Source of the DNA: Takakia lepidozioides
Lineage: Eukaryota; Plantae; Bryophyta
Length of the DNA stretch: 64,000 nucleotides
Assembly (NCBI GenBank): GCA_030704615.1
Contig: CM060732.1
Coordinates: forward strand, 44,082,001 to 44,146,000
Direction: 5' to 3'
Below the pieces are notes generated by a model. The model did no database searches, was not told the origin of the DNA, and worked only from the letters and a program-made list of their open reading frames with translations. A program made the position numbers and the translations under genes. This document shows, in pieces, positions 24,982 to 40,872 of the stretch (position 1 is its first letter; each line of letters begins with the position of its first letter).

Positions 24982-27049
24982 TTGTATCATTCATCACCAT
25001 CTATCCAGACACAAAAATCATCAGACAAAATAACAACTCCTCAAGACAATCGTCAGACAATCTTGCCGAATCCATACACGGAATTGAACTTCTCGACAAC
25101 TTCTCTTCCATACTCCACACAACACGGACAGCTACAGAGGAAGAAAAGAACTTTTACCCGCAGGTTGAAGGCCTTTCTTGGGCTTGCTCATAAACCGCCT
25201 GGGAGGCTTCCCTCCCTCACTCATGCTTGCCACAAACAAACCCCGGCCAAATTCCACTACTCCAACAGCTCACCCAAATCGATTGACCTGCCACTACGAG
25301 ATATGCAATCATCCAGGCCACGAAATTTCGGTGCCACACTCCGGAGCCTTGCAGGCTCTTGAATGCATCAATGCATGCTTGTTGTTAGGGTGCACCAGCA
25401 TGATTCTTCTTCAATCTCTCCCTCAAAACTCCATTGTGGGTTTGTGCCGTGTTATGTATCTCTACCACAGTAAGGTTCTGCAACCACATTCATCACGTCT
25501 AAAATGTCTAGAGCATCAATTGTTTTCATCCAGAATGAGGAATCCTACCTTGGACCCATTTTGCGTCCATGGCTTCACTGTTACCCTTTTCCCCTTCGCA
25601 AAGCACTGCTGGTATTTTCCCTTCGTATCTTCGGTCAGGTTTTCGCATTTGTATTTTAAGTTAGGGACAGTTCTCATGTCCCTTTTGGCCTTGCATGAGG
25701 TGCCAGCACACGCTGACATGGGATGATCTTTAAGTAGGGGAAGGGCCTCAGGGTTGGCCTTTCCACTTACAGGTAAGATATCCGCCCAGCCTGGCCAGAA
25801 CCCTTACCCCGCGCAAGGAATCCACGCTAATATTCTGTATAGGGGAAGGGCAGCTGATGAGGCCATTTTCGTTGTTTACAAATGCGTGAACCAGGGCGTA
25901 GCCATGCTGGAATACGGCAGAAGGGCCAAGTCAGCCTCCCTTCACCAGTGTAAAAAAAACCAGGGCTCAAAAGTTAATATTGGGGCCTTGGAGATTTATC
26001 TTCACAGCACATGTGGTGAGGCTCAGATTTCTCAAGTTGAGCCTCCCGCGTCTGGCTATGGCGTTATAGTGTGGATTCCCCATAGCATGGGGTGCCCTAG
26101 GCTTCACAATATATAAGTGGTAGTTTGAGTTTTCTGGTATGATTTCATGTGTGAGTTTGTGAGCTTGTTAGGTCTCTGTCACTCGATAAAACTCGCTTGT
26201 GTCTTTTAGTGCGAGATAGGTGTCTTACTTAGCACTAGTGTTTTGTTTTTGTGTTTAAAGCTTCCTTGAGAGATGATGCTCGGATGAGTGGTGATATTGC
26301 TTCGGTGGAATGTGCAACAATATCTTTTCAAAGGGGATAGTACTTACTTGTAGCAAACAACGCAGTTGAATAGAAATGGAAAAACCTGTCTGAATGTAAT
26401 TTTTTGTTGGAATATATTGAGTTGGCAGCATGAACTAGCACCAAGCCGCGTCAAGCTGAACAACGTATTTCAGGGGGGTGAGGAAACGGCCGTGGGGCAG
26501 ATTTGCTGCCGAGATTCGTGATTCATGGAAGAAGACCTCGCTAGGCACTTTATAAGACATAGCAGAGGAGGCCGCAAGGGCTTATGCTTCGGCCGCACGT
26601 GCCTTGAGAGGAGCTAAGGCCATCAATGATAAAGCCGGTGGGAGCCTAGTTAGATGATCATTAAGTTGAGGAGAGGCAGGAGCCCCTGAAGGTTGGGGGT
26701 GTAACTGACAAAACAAATTCAGAAGTGTTCGAAATAGCAGTTGTTGGCTGATAACGAGAGACAATAAACGAGCCAAAGTTGGATATTCAAGTGTTGATTG
26801 CAAGGAAGGTATTTATGCTCTCTCCTGGTGGTCGCTAACCAACATGCCCCCGTGAAGTTTGTTATAGGAATGCATAAACCATGTCAATACGAAGCTGGCC
26901 AGATTATAAATGCATCACAAACCATGAACAGATTGGCTTTGGGATCTGTTATGAGGTCATCAATTGCTTGGTTTTATTTTCGTGTGTATTACCATAGTGA
27001 ACATCTGCTCACCGTTGTTGGGTTAAGATCGTCACAACAAGAACCAACA

Positions 27050-27726
27050 CAGCTACGGTTCGTGAGCCTCGCCCTGTGAGCCTGTGAGCTAAGCTCACGC
27101 TTCGCCCACGAAGCATGATGAGCCCAGGCTCATGCTTCCCCACTAGAGCGCTTTGTAAGCGTGAGCGCAAGGTGGTGTTGCAAAAAAAAATGACCTATAC
27201 CCGAGTTCAGGCGGAAGAAGATCTAATACTACAGAAAATCAAATAATTATCTGTTCTTTCTTGCACCAACGATAAGGGGCAAAACCACGATCGTTGACAA
27301 TCGTTTTGCTCTTTCTTGCCAAATGATGAGGGGCAAAACCACAATTGTTTAGGATCGTTATTTTCTCTCTCTCTTTATTTGTTTGCTTTTTCTTGCAATC
27401 ACTGAGTGGTCAGCGTTGTCATTATGGTTCTTTTAGGTCAATTCATGGAGGGGGGACACTCCTTAGTACCATCCACATTCTAGAGCAGGACTTCAGTCCC
27501 GCAAAATATCCGTTGTAAACATTGTATGTTGATTCCCAGGGTGGGACCAGATATCAAGAAATCAAGAATGGCACTTATGACTATTTCTCATAATATGCAC
27601 ATGTCCATGGGAATAGATGTCTGTTCGCGGGAAAATGTGGGCCCGAGAACATCACGTGCAGGAACGTGATCCAGCTGCCTAGGCTCATAGGCTCACGGGG
27701 CCAAGCTAACGTTCTAGCATTCCCCC
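27050..27726. mobile_element. Degenerate MITE-like element with TGAGCC-rich terminal inverted repeats
   Basis: 27052-27092 and the reverse complement of 27678-27720 align imperfectly. The right end (rc GGGGGAATGCTAGA) recurs at 63870. Confidence 0.5.
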
Positions 27727-28989
27727 AACAAGAACGGACAAGGGGTGCTATTAGTGGCGGTGGTTGTCACTTCATTCGATTTAATCTACGAGATGGCTGG
27801 GCTAGGACTGCCCGTATGATCAAATGACGATCAGCTTTACTGATTAATGGGACATAACGGGGTTGTTGTTCTAAGCAGCTAGTGAAAGGCAGTGAACAAC
27901 TCGTCAACTAAAAAACGGCATGACATGTTGGATTTTTACTTTGCGTGCTTAATGAGACGAAGAGAAGTGGACAGCCGGTCTCCACACACGCATGTTAAAC
28001 GTTGTGACAGCCCGTGTGCCTCATACGTACGGAATGTCTTTGTTGGTCTCTAATTGAAGTGCTAAAATTTGATGTGAAGTACTAGCCCTCGCTTCAATTT
28101 GATAAATGTCATCATAAGTTGTGTTTGCTTCGACAAGCGTCTTTCTATTTTATATACATGAATCTATTATAAAGTTCATTGATATGTACTTCTAGCGTAT
28201 TAATAGATCTATATTATTAATTGCACAAAAATCGACCAAAAAATACAAATTAAATATTAGAAGGTTTTGCGTGATCATCAGCTAGTAGAAACATGCTCAC
28301 CACAAAATCAAAATAATCTTTAGAAATGTTGTAACGATTTATATTGAATATATAAAGAAACAATAAAACCAAAAATAACATTATTCTATCTACATATCAA
28401 TAAATAAAGTAGTTTTGAGTTTATTTTATTTTATTCTGGTTTAGGTGATTTGGGCAGCTTCAAAACAAAGATGACAATGCACGAGGAGGTTTCCCTACTG
28501 TAAGCCTTCGCAGCCTTATTGGTGGTTATTTTTTTCCCCTTCTGCAATGAATCTGTGAGCCTCCATCCTTACTTCACTATACATATATAGCGGCTGCTTA
28601 TGATTGAAAATATATATATATTGGAAGTGACTTGGGTTTTGTATATTTTTCTTTGTTTGCCATTCGGATAGCTTAAGGAAAATGATGATGATGTGACATT
28701 ATGGCACCTTATTCTAGCTCTACACTAAAACTAATCTCCGACTTTTCGGTCGTCACTAGAATTATCTCAACATGATTTCGTGAACATTTTAAAAATAGTA
28801 CTAATGATACTATGGTGGAAAATCACCTAAAAACTTATCCAAGTATTTCATGTAGATTTTTTGAACATTATCTCCAAGTCAAGGCATTCATTAATTGTTC
28901 GTTAGGATGGAATTTTTCTCTTTTTTTGGGATCAAATAATGAGTATTTATAGATGTCAGAGGCACAGTATCAATATAAAATATGATGAT

Positions 28990-31925
28990 TGCGTTGGGCC
29001 GAGGAGCTCCGCGATGTCAGAGAGCTCCAAGCGGCCTCATGTGTGGCCCTAGCCTTGGCATTCCTTCATTCTCTCTCTCTCTCTCTAGCGTGATCTCTCT
29101 CCTCTCTGACTTGTTGTTGGCATCTTCCTTTTCTGGCTTGGCTGTTTTCCTTCCTTCCATGCTTTCTATGTGGAGTAGTTATCTTTTCTTCATCAACTTC
29201 TTTGAGACTTTGATGAACGGCAGCTGATGTGATTTCTTTCTTCATCTTTCCCTCAGATTCTCTGATGAGCAATTGCCTTTGGGTCTTCTCTTCATCTCCC
29301 ATTGCTCGTTCATTCGATCCCCCCCCATGTGTGATTAGAGCTCCGCTCTAGTGGCAACTCTTCAAGACTTTTTTTCCTATCGGCGCTCCCCGCTGGGAAT
29401 CCTTGATGCTCCTCTTCGATCATTGTGCTACTCGGTGGAAGTGTGTTTCTCTGCATTTTTTTATTCTGACATCTTGATGAGGTTGTCCCCTCCTTCTCCC
29501 GCCCAGGGTTTAATGATGCCCCCTCACCCTTCCCCTGCCTCCTGCTAATTATGTCAGGCTCCTCCTTCTTTCTCCCAGTTTGAAGAGCTCTCTAATTTTG
29601 TTTTTCCAGTCTTGGGTCTGATCCCTTGGCCTCCTTCGTCTCTGCTATACATCACAATAAAAGGGATAACAGGAGGGACCCACAATACAAGCATGGTGGC
29701 TCTTCTAGGAGAAATGTTCACGCTGGTCAGGGTCTTCTGAGTAATAGACCGTCGGCTTCCTCTGCACCACCGCTTGACTCAGTTCAGATGTGGATTGAGA
29801 ATGCGGGCATTGTTTGACGAGAACCAGCCGATTTTCACTCTCGACATGAACCTGATCAAGGAACACTCTCTACTACTCAAAGAAACGGGTATTTTGATCC
29901 ACTTCCCGGGATGAGCTCGGGATAGATATTGGGTTAGCCGCTGGACCCTTGAGCATCTGGGAGCTGGAGGTGGCCTAACGTAACATTTTTGCATCCCTCT
30001 GGGCCGTGGCTTTTACTCCATAATGTTCATTTTGGCTGAGCACGCTAAAAAGGCTCTCAACTTTAACACTTCAAAATCTCGCTACAGAGTTAACATCTTT
30101 CCCTGGTCCCCAGAATGGGGGCATAAGGGAGGTATTACTTGCAAGCCAAGGATTATTGTTTTTTTTTTTTTGTCGGATAACTATCTCAAGTCGCTCCCCA
30201 AAATTGCTGCCTACTTTGGTGCTTTTGTTGGCTCAATTCTTCTGAATGACCACGATTTCGCGGACCCTCAAAGTGTGGATGACGATGGGGGCCTTTCGAC
30301 GGATACATGGACAGTGGAATCCCTCGGATTGTGGTTCTCATGCCAGATGCAGCAACGATCCTTAAGACCATCAAGCTCCCATCCTTTGCCAGAACTGTCA
30401 CGAGATGGTCATGTTAAAGCTGATTGCCCTGACATTGCAGATAAGATTCCTGAGGTTCCCCTTTCAAGAATTCCTTCTAACGTTAATGCTCATGGTCGAT
30501 CAGATATGTAGGTGGCGGCCTCACCTTTGGTAAGGAAAAGAGTGTAGTCCTCCCCCTTTGAGCAACCCCCGGCCAAGAGATTTAGGGATGCCATACATTA
30601 CTGGATCCCCGTCGGTAAGCCCTCGAGTCTTTCTTCTTCCTACAAAATTTCCCATCACCACAGCTCAGAGTGCTTCTACACCAACGGCCTTTAGGTTGGG
30701 AGATGATGCTCCTGAAAGCCTGACGACTTTTTGTCTCTCCCATCTTAAATCCTATTTGAATCTTGTTCTCACTGAGAAGGTGCTGACAGCTGACTTTTTT
30801 TATGCTGAGATTTGCATTACTCCCATTATTTTTTGCTTCCCTGATGGTAAACCTTCTATTCTCCTAACTGGAAACACGTCATTTCTAAGTTCTTGGATCA
30901 TGGATCTTGATATGAGATTGCTTAAGCCCTCCCATGAGCTTAACCTGATCATCGTTTAAAGTGACCAAGATTTTCACATCTCACCTTCCTCTCTTCACTC
31001 TCTCTACGGAGACTGCCATGTATTTTGGTGCTTTTCTCTCTGCAGATTCCTCTGCTGCATCCTCCTTTGCCATTTAGGTGCTACCTGTTATGAGGCTCTC
31101 TGACTTTAGAATTATGCAAGATGTAGGCTTCGGGTCGATGAACTGGATTTCTGAAGAATTTTTTCCTGTGGGGATTGGCCTAGCTTCGAACTACAATTGG
31201 CTGTCATGGGTTTACTTCGTTGGGCGCAAGCTGGTTTTAGCAGCGGAAAAACGAAGTGTTATGCTTCTTCCTTGGAGCGTCATTATTCCAACGATGGCCT
31301 GATGGTGGTTAACATCCAGGAGGTGAAAAATGGGTGAAAAATGGGTGAAAATTGAATCAGTTAATCTGAATCCAATGGACCTCTCCACTCCAGCTCCCCG
31401 GGGTGCAGCCAAGGGAGGCGAGCTCAACTCCTCGCTGAATTTGATAGCTCATAGGGGAGGGGAGCTGCAATCCGCTCAAGACAATTAGACTCGAGGATTT
31501 CCTGGAACAACGACATCCCAGCTAGAAAAAGAAAATCCAAGATTCAACTCTCATTTGGCAATTCTAGCAAGCAATAGTTTTGCTCTTTCCCTCTTCCTCT
31601 CAGTCTTGTTGCTTCCATAATCTTGGTGCTTTGGTTGGACTGCTTTTCTTTCATGCTGCGATCTTTTCTTCTCTTCAGACTTAGCCTACTCCGGGTCTTT
31701 CTTGTCAGACCCCCGTTTGTTTGCTTTTCTCTCTGGTTACAATCTTTCTCAATGCAGACTTGGTTCTTGGTTCTTGGTTCTCGAAGCAGTGTCTTCCTGG
31801 GTTAGCCTCCACGGCACCCTCCAAAGGTTTTTTTTCCCTCTTTGTCTATATTTGGATATTTTTGTCCCCTTTAATTTATATACAAGGGCCTCGATACGTT
31901 ACCTTAAAAATAAGAATTAAAAAAT
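28990..31925 (+). mobile_element. Decayed LINE-like element with ORF1 remnant (DUF4283-like + zinc knuckle) and A-rich 3' end
   Basis: GILIHF..., LGRGFYSIMF...HAKKAL...IFPWSPEW and GHVKADCP; homologous to 45800-46040. No RT remnant seen. Confidence 0.5.
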
Positions 31926-32160
31926 CAATATATTAAGTAAGGTAGTTTGTTTTGGTTGGTTTTGTTTTGCCGTTGAGATCTCCAAGACCGGAAGGCCTCC
32001 GCCCGTGCTCTTAATATTGCTGGAATGCCCTCAATGAGTTGGGGTGCTGGTTTCATAAATTTTTGGACCTACAGTGGGGGAGATATTAAATTTTAAGTAT
32101 TTTTTGTTGCTGGAAATTCATGAAAAATAGCAAATTGTGTTTTTTCTGAAATATTGGGAG

Positions 32161-32860
32161 AAGCTTCTGAAGCAACTCGATTAGCTACTGCACCAGGTGC
32201 ATTCCCCCGAGGGTGTCCCGAAGTTCCTCCACCGAACTGTAATACAAAATCATCTCCAGAAATTTCGGTCGAAGCGGGCATATGCCGAACATGAATACCT
32301 CCCGAAGCTACAGGTAAAACACCTGGCGAAGAGACCCAGTCCTGAGTGAAATAAATACCATGACTTCGATATTTTTCGATGTAATCATCACGAAGTGGAT
32401 CAACGAACCCTGGAGTTACTTGACGTTCCCCTTCAAGTTTACCTACCACGGTACCAGAGTGGATATGATCTCCACCGGACAGACGTAATGCTTTGGCTAA
32501 TACACGGAAGTGCATACCATGATTTTTTTGTCGGTCGATAACTGCGTGCGTTGCGCGGTGAATGTGAAGGAGTGGACCATTGTCTCGGCGATAATGAGCT
32601 AAACTAGTATTTGTAGTAAAACCTCCTGTCGAATAGTCATGCGTGGCGATAGGCACTCCCAATTCTCTAGCAAATTCCGCCATTTTCATCGTGTCTTCAC
32701 ATGTACCTGCAGTAGCATTCGAGTAATGCCCCTTGATCTCGCCTGCTTCGGCTTGAGATTTATAAATAGCTTCTGCTACGAATAAGGAACGATCTCTCCA
32801 TCGCGTGAAAGGTTGGGAATTTACGTTTTCATCATCTTTAGTAAAATCAAGTCCACCACG
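32161..32860 (-). pseudogene. rbcL: Rubisco large subunit, internal fragment (NUPT, unedited)
   Basis: [18 protein letters not shown] through [15 protein letters not shown]; many S/P/R/T codons where L/F/W/C/M is conserved. Confidence 0.97.
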
Positions 32861-33976
<1,116 letters not shown>

Positions 33977-34517
33977 TTCTCCGACCCTTCCTGCCAACCG
34001 AAGTGGACAGCTAATGCGTTCCACTTCTCGAATCAGGTTCTATGGTCAGTCTGTGACCCCTGGGTGCCTTCGGCACCCCTGGGGCGATCTCGTAGTTCCT
34101 ACGGGGTGGAGACGATGGGGTCGGTCCATGGCTTTTCGTTCCTTTTGTCACATCGTGCTTGAAGGGTTGAAGAGAGATAGTGCATCGAGCTGTTCGCAAG
34201 GGCCAACTCGATCCTCTTTCCCAGGGATTCTAGATGAGGTAACCCTAGGAGAGCTGCCGACTCCAACTATCGCCCATGTACGATCCATACTAGATCTACT
34301 ACCCATCCTACCTCCTCTACGCTTTCGACAGCCCATCTTTGTCTCAGTAAAGTTTTTCAGTGGCATGTTCCAGTCCTCTTCCCCATTCCTGGGAGAAAGT
34401 TAGCCACCGGTTTAGGTAAAAGATACTATCATTACCGCCTAGACAATTAGGCATCCGACCCGTAAGTGCAACGACCCAATTGTAAGGGCGGCGCTCTACC
34501 AACTGAGCTATATCCCT
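33977..34517 (-). pseudogene. trnA-UGC: trnA-UGC 5' exon (34517-34480) and 5' part of its group II intron (NUPT)
   Basis: Reverse complement AGGGATATAGCTCAGTTGGTAGAGCGCCGCCCTTACAA followed by TTGGGTCGTTGC (intron start); the anticodon carries a G-to-A change. Confidence 0.88.
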
Positions 34518-34586
34518 GTACCCGAGCCAAGTGAAGCATGCATGAACAAATCAGATGTTTTTTTTTGGGATTTCCCTTGGTGCAGC

Positions 34587-34675
34587 TGGGCTATCCTGGA
34601 CTTGAACCAGAGACCTCGCCCGTGAAGTAAATTCTCGCACCTACGATATTATCGATATTATCCAATTGGAAGAGA
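34587..34675 (-). pseudogene. trnI-GAU: trnI-GAU 3' exon (34621-34587) with the end of its intron (NUPT)
   Basis: Reverse complement GGGCGAGGTCTCTGGTTCAAGTCCAGGATAGCCCA, positioned upstream of trnA as in the plastid rRNA spacer. Confidence 0.88.
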
Positions 34676-34682
34676 ATTCATT

Positions 34683-34754
34683 GCCCCTTTAACTCAGTGG
34701 TAGAGTAACGCCATGGTAAGGCGTAAGTCATCGGTTCAAATCCGATAAAGGGCT
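34683..34754 (+). tRNA. trnT-GGU: Plastid-derived tRNA-Thr(GGU) (NUPT copy)
   Basis: GCCCCTTTAACTCAGTGGTAGAGTAACGCCATGGTAAGGCGT...GGTTCAAATCCGATAAAGGGCT; cloverleaf with GGT anticodon. Confidence 0.95.
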
Positions 34755-36794
34755 TATCACGTTTTTCGGATAGATAGGGGAGAAATAAAAAAATAAGTAA
34801 AGAGCTATATTACCTAGTAATTTTATTTCATAAATGAAAATTAGTAATATACTTAGAATTTAATGAGAATTTTAGATTCATAATATTCTTAGAAATATTA
34901 TGAATTAAAAAGAAATCTATTATAATCTTTTTTGGATTAGATCTATTCGAAGTGCAAAGAGAAAAACAATTGAAATGTATAGATGTAATTTTTAGTAAAC
35001 TTGACTTATTTCTTTCCAGATAATTTGGCTACTCTTATAATGGATTTCACTAGAAAATTTGAGGTAATAAATAATCAAATTTTTCAATATATTCAATATT
35101 TATTATCAGTTATTAGACACTAGCTTTTTCACGACGTTTCTGAATGATTAGTATGAATAATTAGGATGTAGGTCCACTGAAAACGAATATTTCACGAAAA
35201 AGAAAAAGAAAAATATTGAAAAAAAAGTATAATAATGTAAGAATAAAAAAAATTCTAGAATCTATCTGTAGGAAGGAAATAAATAACAATATTTTTTTAT
35301 TTTTTTTAGTAAAAAATGTATTTACATTTAGATATATTCTTTATTTCGCGGAGAAAAAATGTATATGTACTATAAAAAAAATTCTATTTTGGTAGAATAG
35401 ACCTGAAAAATAAACTGAAAAGGTCGAGTGAGGAACATTGAGTCAGAGGGACATGAGAAGATATTGGGAAGGAAAGAAAAGCTTACCTACCTTCTGAAAC
35501 TAAAGGTTTTTGAATTATTCAAGTCTATTTTGAAACTAAATAACTAAATAAAATTTCTATATCGGATTATTTCAATTGAAACCAAGAACCGAGACATAAG
35601 ATGAAATGACGCATCTAGCTAATTGGTAATTGGTTCGGTCCGAGAAAAAATATCTACGTTAAAAAAAAAATCTTCAAAAAACAATAGAAGGGTTCCTCGT
35701 TCAAAATAATCTATAAATTATTCGAATTTCATATTTTTTAAGGTGCTTAGAAATGATTGAAGTAGTTGAATAGGAGAATTACACTACGACTATAGCCATT
35801 GGAAAGTCTTCCAAAGAACCAAAAGGTTTATTTGATAGTATGGATGACTGGCCAAGGAGAGACCGTTCTGTATTCGTGGATCAGTCTGGTCTATCGCTTT
35901 TCCCTCGTGCCCATTTCGCCCCAGGTGGATGGTTCACAGGTACAACCTTTGTCACTCCACGGTACACTCATGGGTCGGCTAGTTCTTATTCAGAAGGTCG
36001 TAACTCTTCAATCGCTGCAGTTTCTACTCCTGCTAATAGTTTGGCGCATTCTCCGTCGCTGTTATGGGGTCCTGAGGCACAGGGAGATTTTACCCGTTGG
36101 TGTCAATTAGGAGGTTTATGGACCTTTGTTGCTCTTCATGGTGCCTTTGGTTCAATAGGCTCTATGTTGCGCCAATTCGAACTTGCTCGATCTGTACAAT
36201 TGCGCCCCTACAACGCAATTGCATCCCCCGCTCCGATTGCTGTTTCCGTTTCCGTATCTCCGATCCATCCATTAGGTCAATCCGGTTGGTTCTTCGCACC
36301 TAGCTTCGGTGTAGCAGCTATTTCCCGATCTATTCCTTTTTCTCAAGGTTTTCACAACCGGACTTCGAACCCATTCCATATGATGGGAGTTGCTGGAGTA
36401 TCGGGAGCTGCTCCTTCACGTGCTATTCATGGTGCTACCGCGGAAAATACTCTGTTTGAGGACGGTGATGGTGCAAATACATTTCGTATTTTTAACCCAA
36501 CTCAATCTGAAGAAACTCATTCCATGGTCACAGCTAACCGCTCTCGGTCCCAAATTTCCGGTGTTGCTTTCCCCAACAAACGTCGGTCACATTCCTTTAC
36601 GTCATTTGTACTAGTAACTGGTTCGCGGATGAGTGCCATTGGAGTAGTTGGTCCAGCCTTGAACTTACGGGCATATGACTTCGTTTCTCAAGAGATTCGT
36701 GCAGCAGAAGACCCCGAATCCGAAACTTCCTACACTAAAAATATTCCTTCGAACGAGGGTATTCGTGCTCGGATGGCAGCTCAAGATCAGCCTC

Positions 36795-38240
<1,446 letters not shown>

Positions 38241-38297
38241 AATAACAAATAGAAGAAAAGTTTTCGTAGATTTTTCTTTTTCTCCTAAGTCTCTCAC

Positions 38298-38325
38298 AAT
38301 GGCTCGGCTATTTAGCCGAGCCATT
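38298..38325. terminator. Plastid 3' stem-loop between psbC and trnS (NUPT)
   Basis: AATGGCTCGGCTA-TT-TAGCCGAGCCATT perfect inverted repeat. Confidence 0.7.
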
Positions 38326-38378
38326 ACATCTCTAATACGAAAAAATAGATTGATTTCAGAAACGTTTTTTTTTTTTAA

Positions 38379-38467
38379 AGGAGAAAGATGGATTCGAACC
38401 CTCGATAGTTTTGATAAACTATGCCGGTTTTCAAGACCGGAGCCATCAACCACTCGGCCATCTCTCC
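38379..38467 (-). tRNA. trnS-UGA: Plastid-derived tRNA-Ser(UGA) (NUPT copy)
   Basis: Reverse complement GGAGAGATGGCCGAGTGG...CCGGTCTTGAAAACCGG, long variable arm, GGGTTCGAATCC. Confidence 0.94.
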
Positions 38468-38743
38468 AAAAAAAAACATCATTATATTTCGATTCTTTAG
38501 GTAGAGAAAAGGCCACTATTATAATTATAATATAACATCAAATTTTTATTCTGTAAAAGATTCATAGAGAAAATGAATATATCGATTCTTTGTAAAATCA
38601 ACTAAAAAAAGCTAAAGAACTTTCAGTGCATGTATATTCAAATTTTCTCTATAATGCTTCTGGCTCGGTAAGTAAATTATTGCCAGATAGGGATCAAATG
38701 GTATAACTTATTTCATTTCTTCGAAGCTTGGAGAATCACAACT

Positions 38744-38932
38744 ACGACTATTGCCTTCCAGTTGGCTGTGTTTGCATCAATTGCCATTTCATTTCTCCTA
38801 GTGATTGGTGTGCCTGTTGCGCCTGCCTCCCCCAACGGCTGGTCAAGTAGCAAAAATGTCGTATTTTCGGGTGCTTCGTTATGGATTGGATTATTTCTTC
38901 CGGTTGGTATCCTTAACTCTTTTATATCTCGA
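38744..38932 (+). pseudogene. psbZ: Photosystem II protein Z, unedited copy (ACG start, CGA in place of stop)
   Basis: ACG ACT ATT GCC TTC CAG TTG GCT (MTIAFQLA), 62 codons to GILNSFIS, then CGA. Confidence 0.93.
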
Positions 38933-39166
38933 ATTTCTGGAGAAAATCAAGTTGTCGTTTCCCCTCCCTCGGCGGACATTACATTATAAGTTCCAAAAGG
39001 TATTTTATACAAGTCCTGAGGTACGGAATAAACGTACTCGAGGGAGGGTTTCTTTTTAACTCCCCACGTTTTCACTCCTATAAATAATTCTAAAAAACTT
39101 AAGATATAATTGACTATGTAGAAAGAATTGTATTAATATATCGAGGGATAGGTTTGATAAGCAGTT

Positions 39167-39236
39167 GCGGGTATGGTTAATGGTAAAATTCCTCCTTGCC
39201 AAGGAGAAGATGCGGGTTCGATTCCCGCTACCCGCC
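39167..39236 (+). tRNA. trnG-GCC: Plastid-derived tRNA-Gly(GCC) (NUPT copy)
   Basis: GCGGGTATGGTTAATGGTAAAATTCCTCCTTGCCAAGGAGAAGATGCGGGTTCGATTCCCGCTACCCGCC. Confidence 0.94.
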
Positions 39237-39344
39237 TCTCCAAAAAAAAAGGGAATATACTTCCACATCTTGATATATTTATTTCTATATATTCTTTTTC
39301 TATTCAATTAATTTCTATTATTCAAAAACTTTATGTTGTGTATT

Positions 39345-39418
39345 TAGCGGAGACGGGATTTGAACCCGTGACCTCAAGGTTATGAGCCTTGCGAGCTACC
39401 AGGCTGCTCTACCCCGCG
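39345..39418 (-). tRNA. trnfM-CAU: Plastid-derived initiator tRNA-fMet(CAU) (NUPT copy)
   Basis: Reverse complement CGCGGGGTAGAGCAGCCTGGTAGCTCGCAAGGCTCATAACCTTGAGGTCACGGGTTCAAATCCCGTCTCCGCTA. Confidence 0.95.
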
Positions 39419-39541
39419 TTACGAGATAATAACATATTTTTAATTGACTGAACAAGTAATTTTTTAGTTTTTTATGAAGAATCCCCCAGGTTAGGGGGAT
39501 TTTTACTTATGTTCCCAGCTAAACTTGTTCGAATCTCCTTT

Positions 39542-39844
39542 TCACCAACTCGATTGGGTCACTCCGGGCGACGGACATGCATGGGCCATTTCACAAAGTA
39601 CATGTCTAGATAAACCAAAGTCTCGATAGTTGGCTCTGGGTCTTCCAGTTGAGGAACGGCGACGATGAAGACGCGTAGGTGCACTATTACATGGTAAAGA
39701 TTGCAATTGTTTCTGAAATTCCCATTTATCATCTAACGAAAAACCTTTACTCATCTTTCTTTTTATGGATCGACGAATAGAATGGTATTTTTGTTCCAAT
39801 TTTTGCTTTTTCTTCTCCCTCTGAATAAGACTTTTTTTCGCCAT
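39542..39844 (-). pseudogene. rps14: Plastid ribosomal protein S14, full-length unedited copy (NUPT)
   Basis: [12 protein letters not shown]...[24 protein letters not shown]...SSW, 100 aa. Confidence 0.95.
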
Positions 39845-40872
39845 AATTTCTTTAGTTATTGAGATATCATTTTTAGTTCAAAATGGGAATGAAATAAAAT
39901 TCTGTTCAATTCTTTCTTCTTTTTTCCTTTCATCTCTCACCCCTCCATTACATAAAACGAAACCTACCTTTGACTTCATCAAGAAGTTTTGTCTTTTGGT
40001 ACACATGACCATAATGTACTTTGCGTGCAACAAAGTTCAACTCATAGCATTGGAATGTTTAATTGACATATGTATATACTTAGTAAATCGAGGGTACAAT
40101 ATGCACACTAGGCCACACTAGTGAACTATCACATAAAGACTTGCATAATTTTGCAAAACATATATGGCTTAATATTTCTTTAAAGTGAATTCAATATTTA
40201 TTTCGTGGTGTTACAAAATAGATAACACATTTAATTAATATTGTGTATTCCATATTAGAGGGTGGAGATATTCCATTCATTATCAGTTCTATTCGTCTGG
40301 TTTTTGCACGGACTGTCTAAATTTTCATGTTGCGGATAGTTTGTTATAACTACTTTGTACCACTTTATTGCACTTCACACGTTTATAATGGACAAAACAC
40401 TATGAAATTACAATTCAAAAGTGTTTATGTGTGTTAATTTGAAAATGAGAGAAAACTCATATTCAATTTGCAACTTTCTTGGAATTCGGTCGGTCTGTAG
40501 AGTGATTGTCTACATGGTTTCTCCTACTATGCAAGCAAGGAAGAGCTTAATCCATAACAGTCGAAATGTCTTCTGGCGGGTATAAGACAGTGGTGTGGCT
40601 TTGCGGTGGATAACCTAGTGTTGGATGCTATAGACTTCTAGCAAGGAGAGATCATCTAGATTAGGGCTTCAAAAAATTAGTATGCATACCTTATGAGTCT
40701 AACTTCATCTCAAGTGAGAAATAAGAGTCTCATGTGATTTGACATTGCCATAGAACATATATTAGCCTTCTGATTTTGTTAATCTTCTCAAAATTTGCAT
40801 ATCACACCTTTGCACAAGTCTAATTTGATACAGTCAGGATTTTTCATAGTGATCTTGCGTTGGCAGTGGAGG

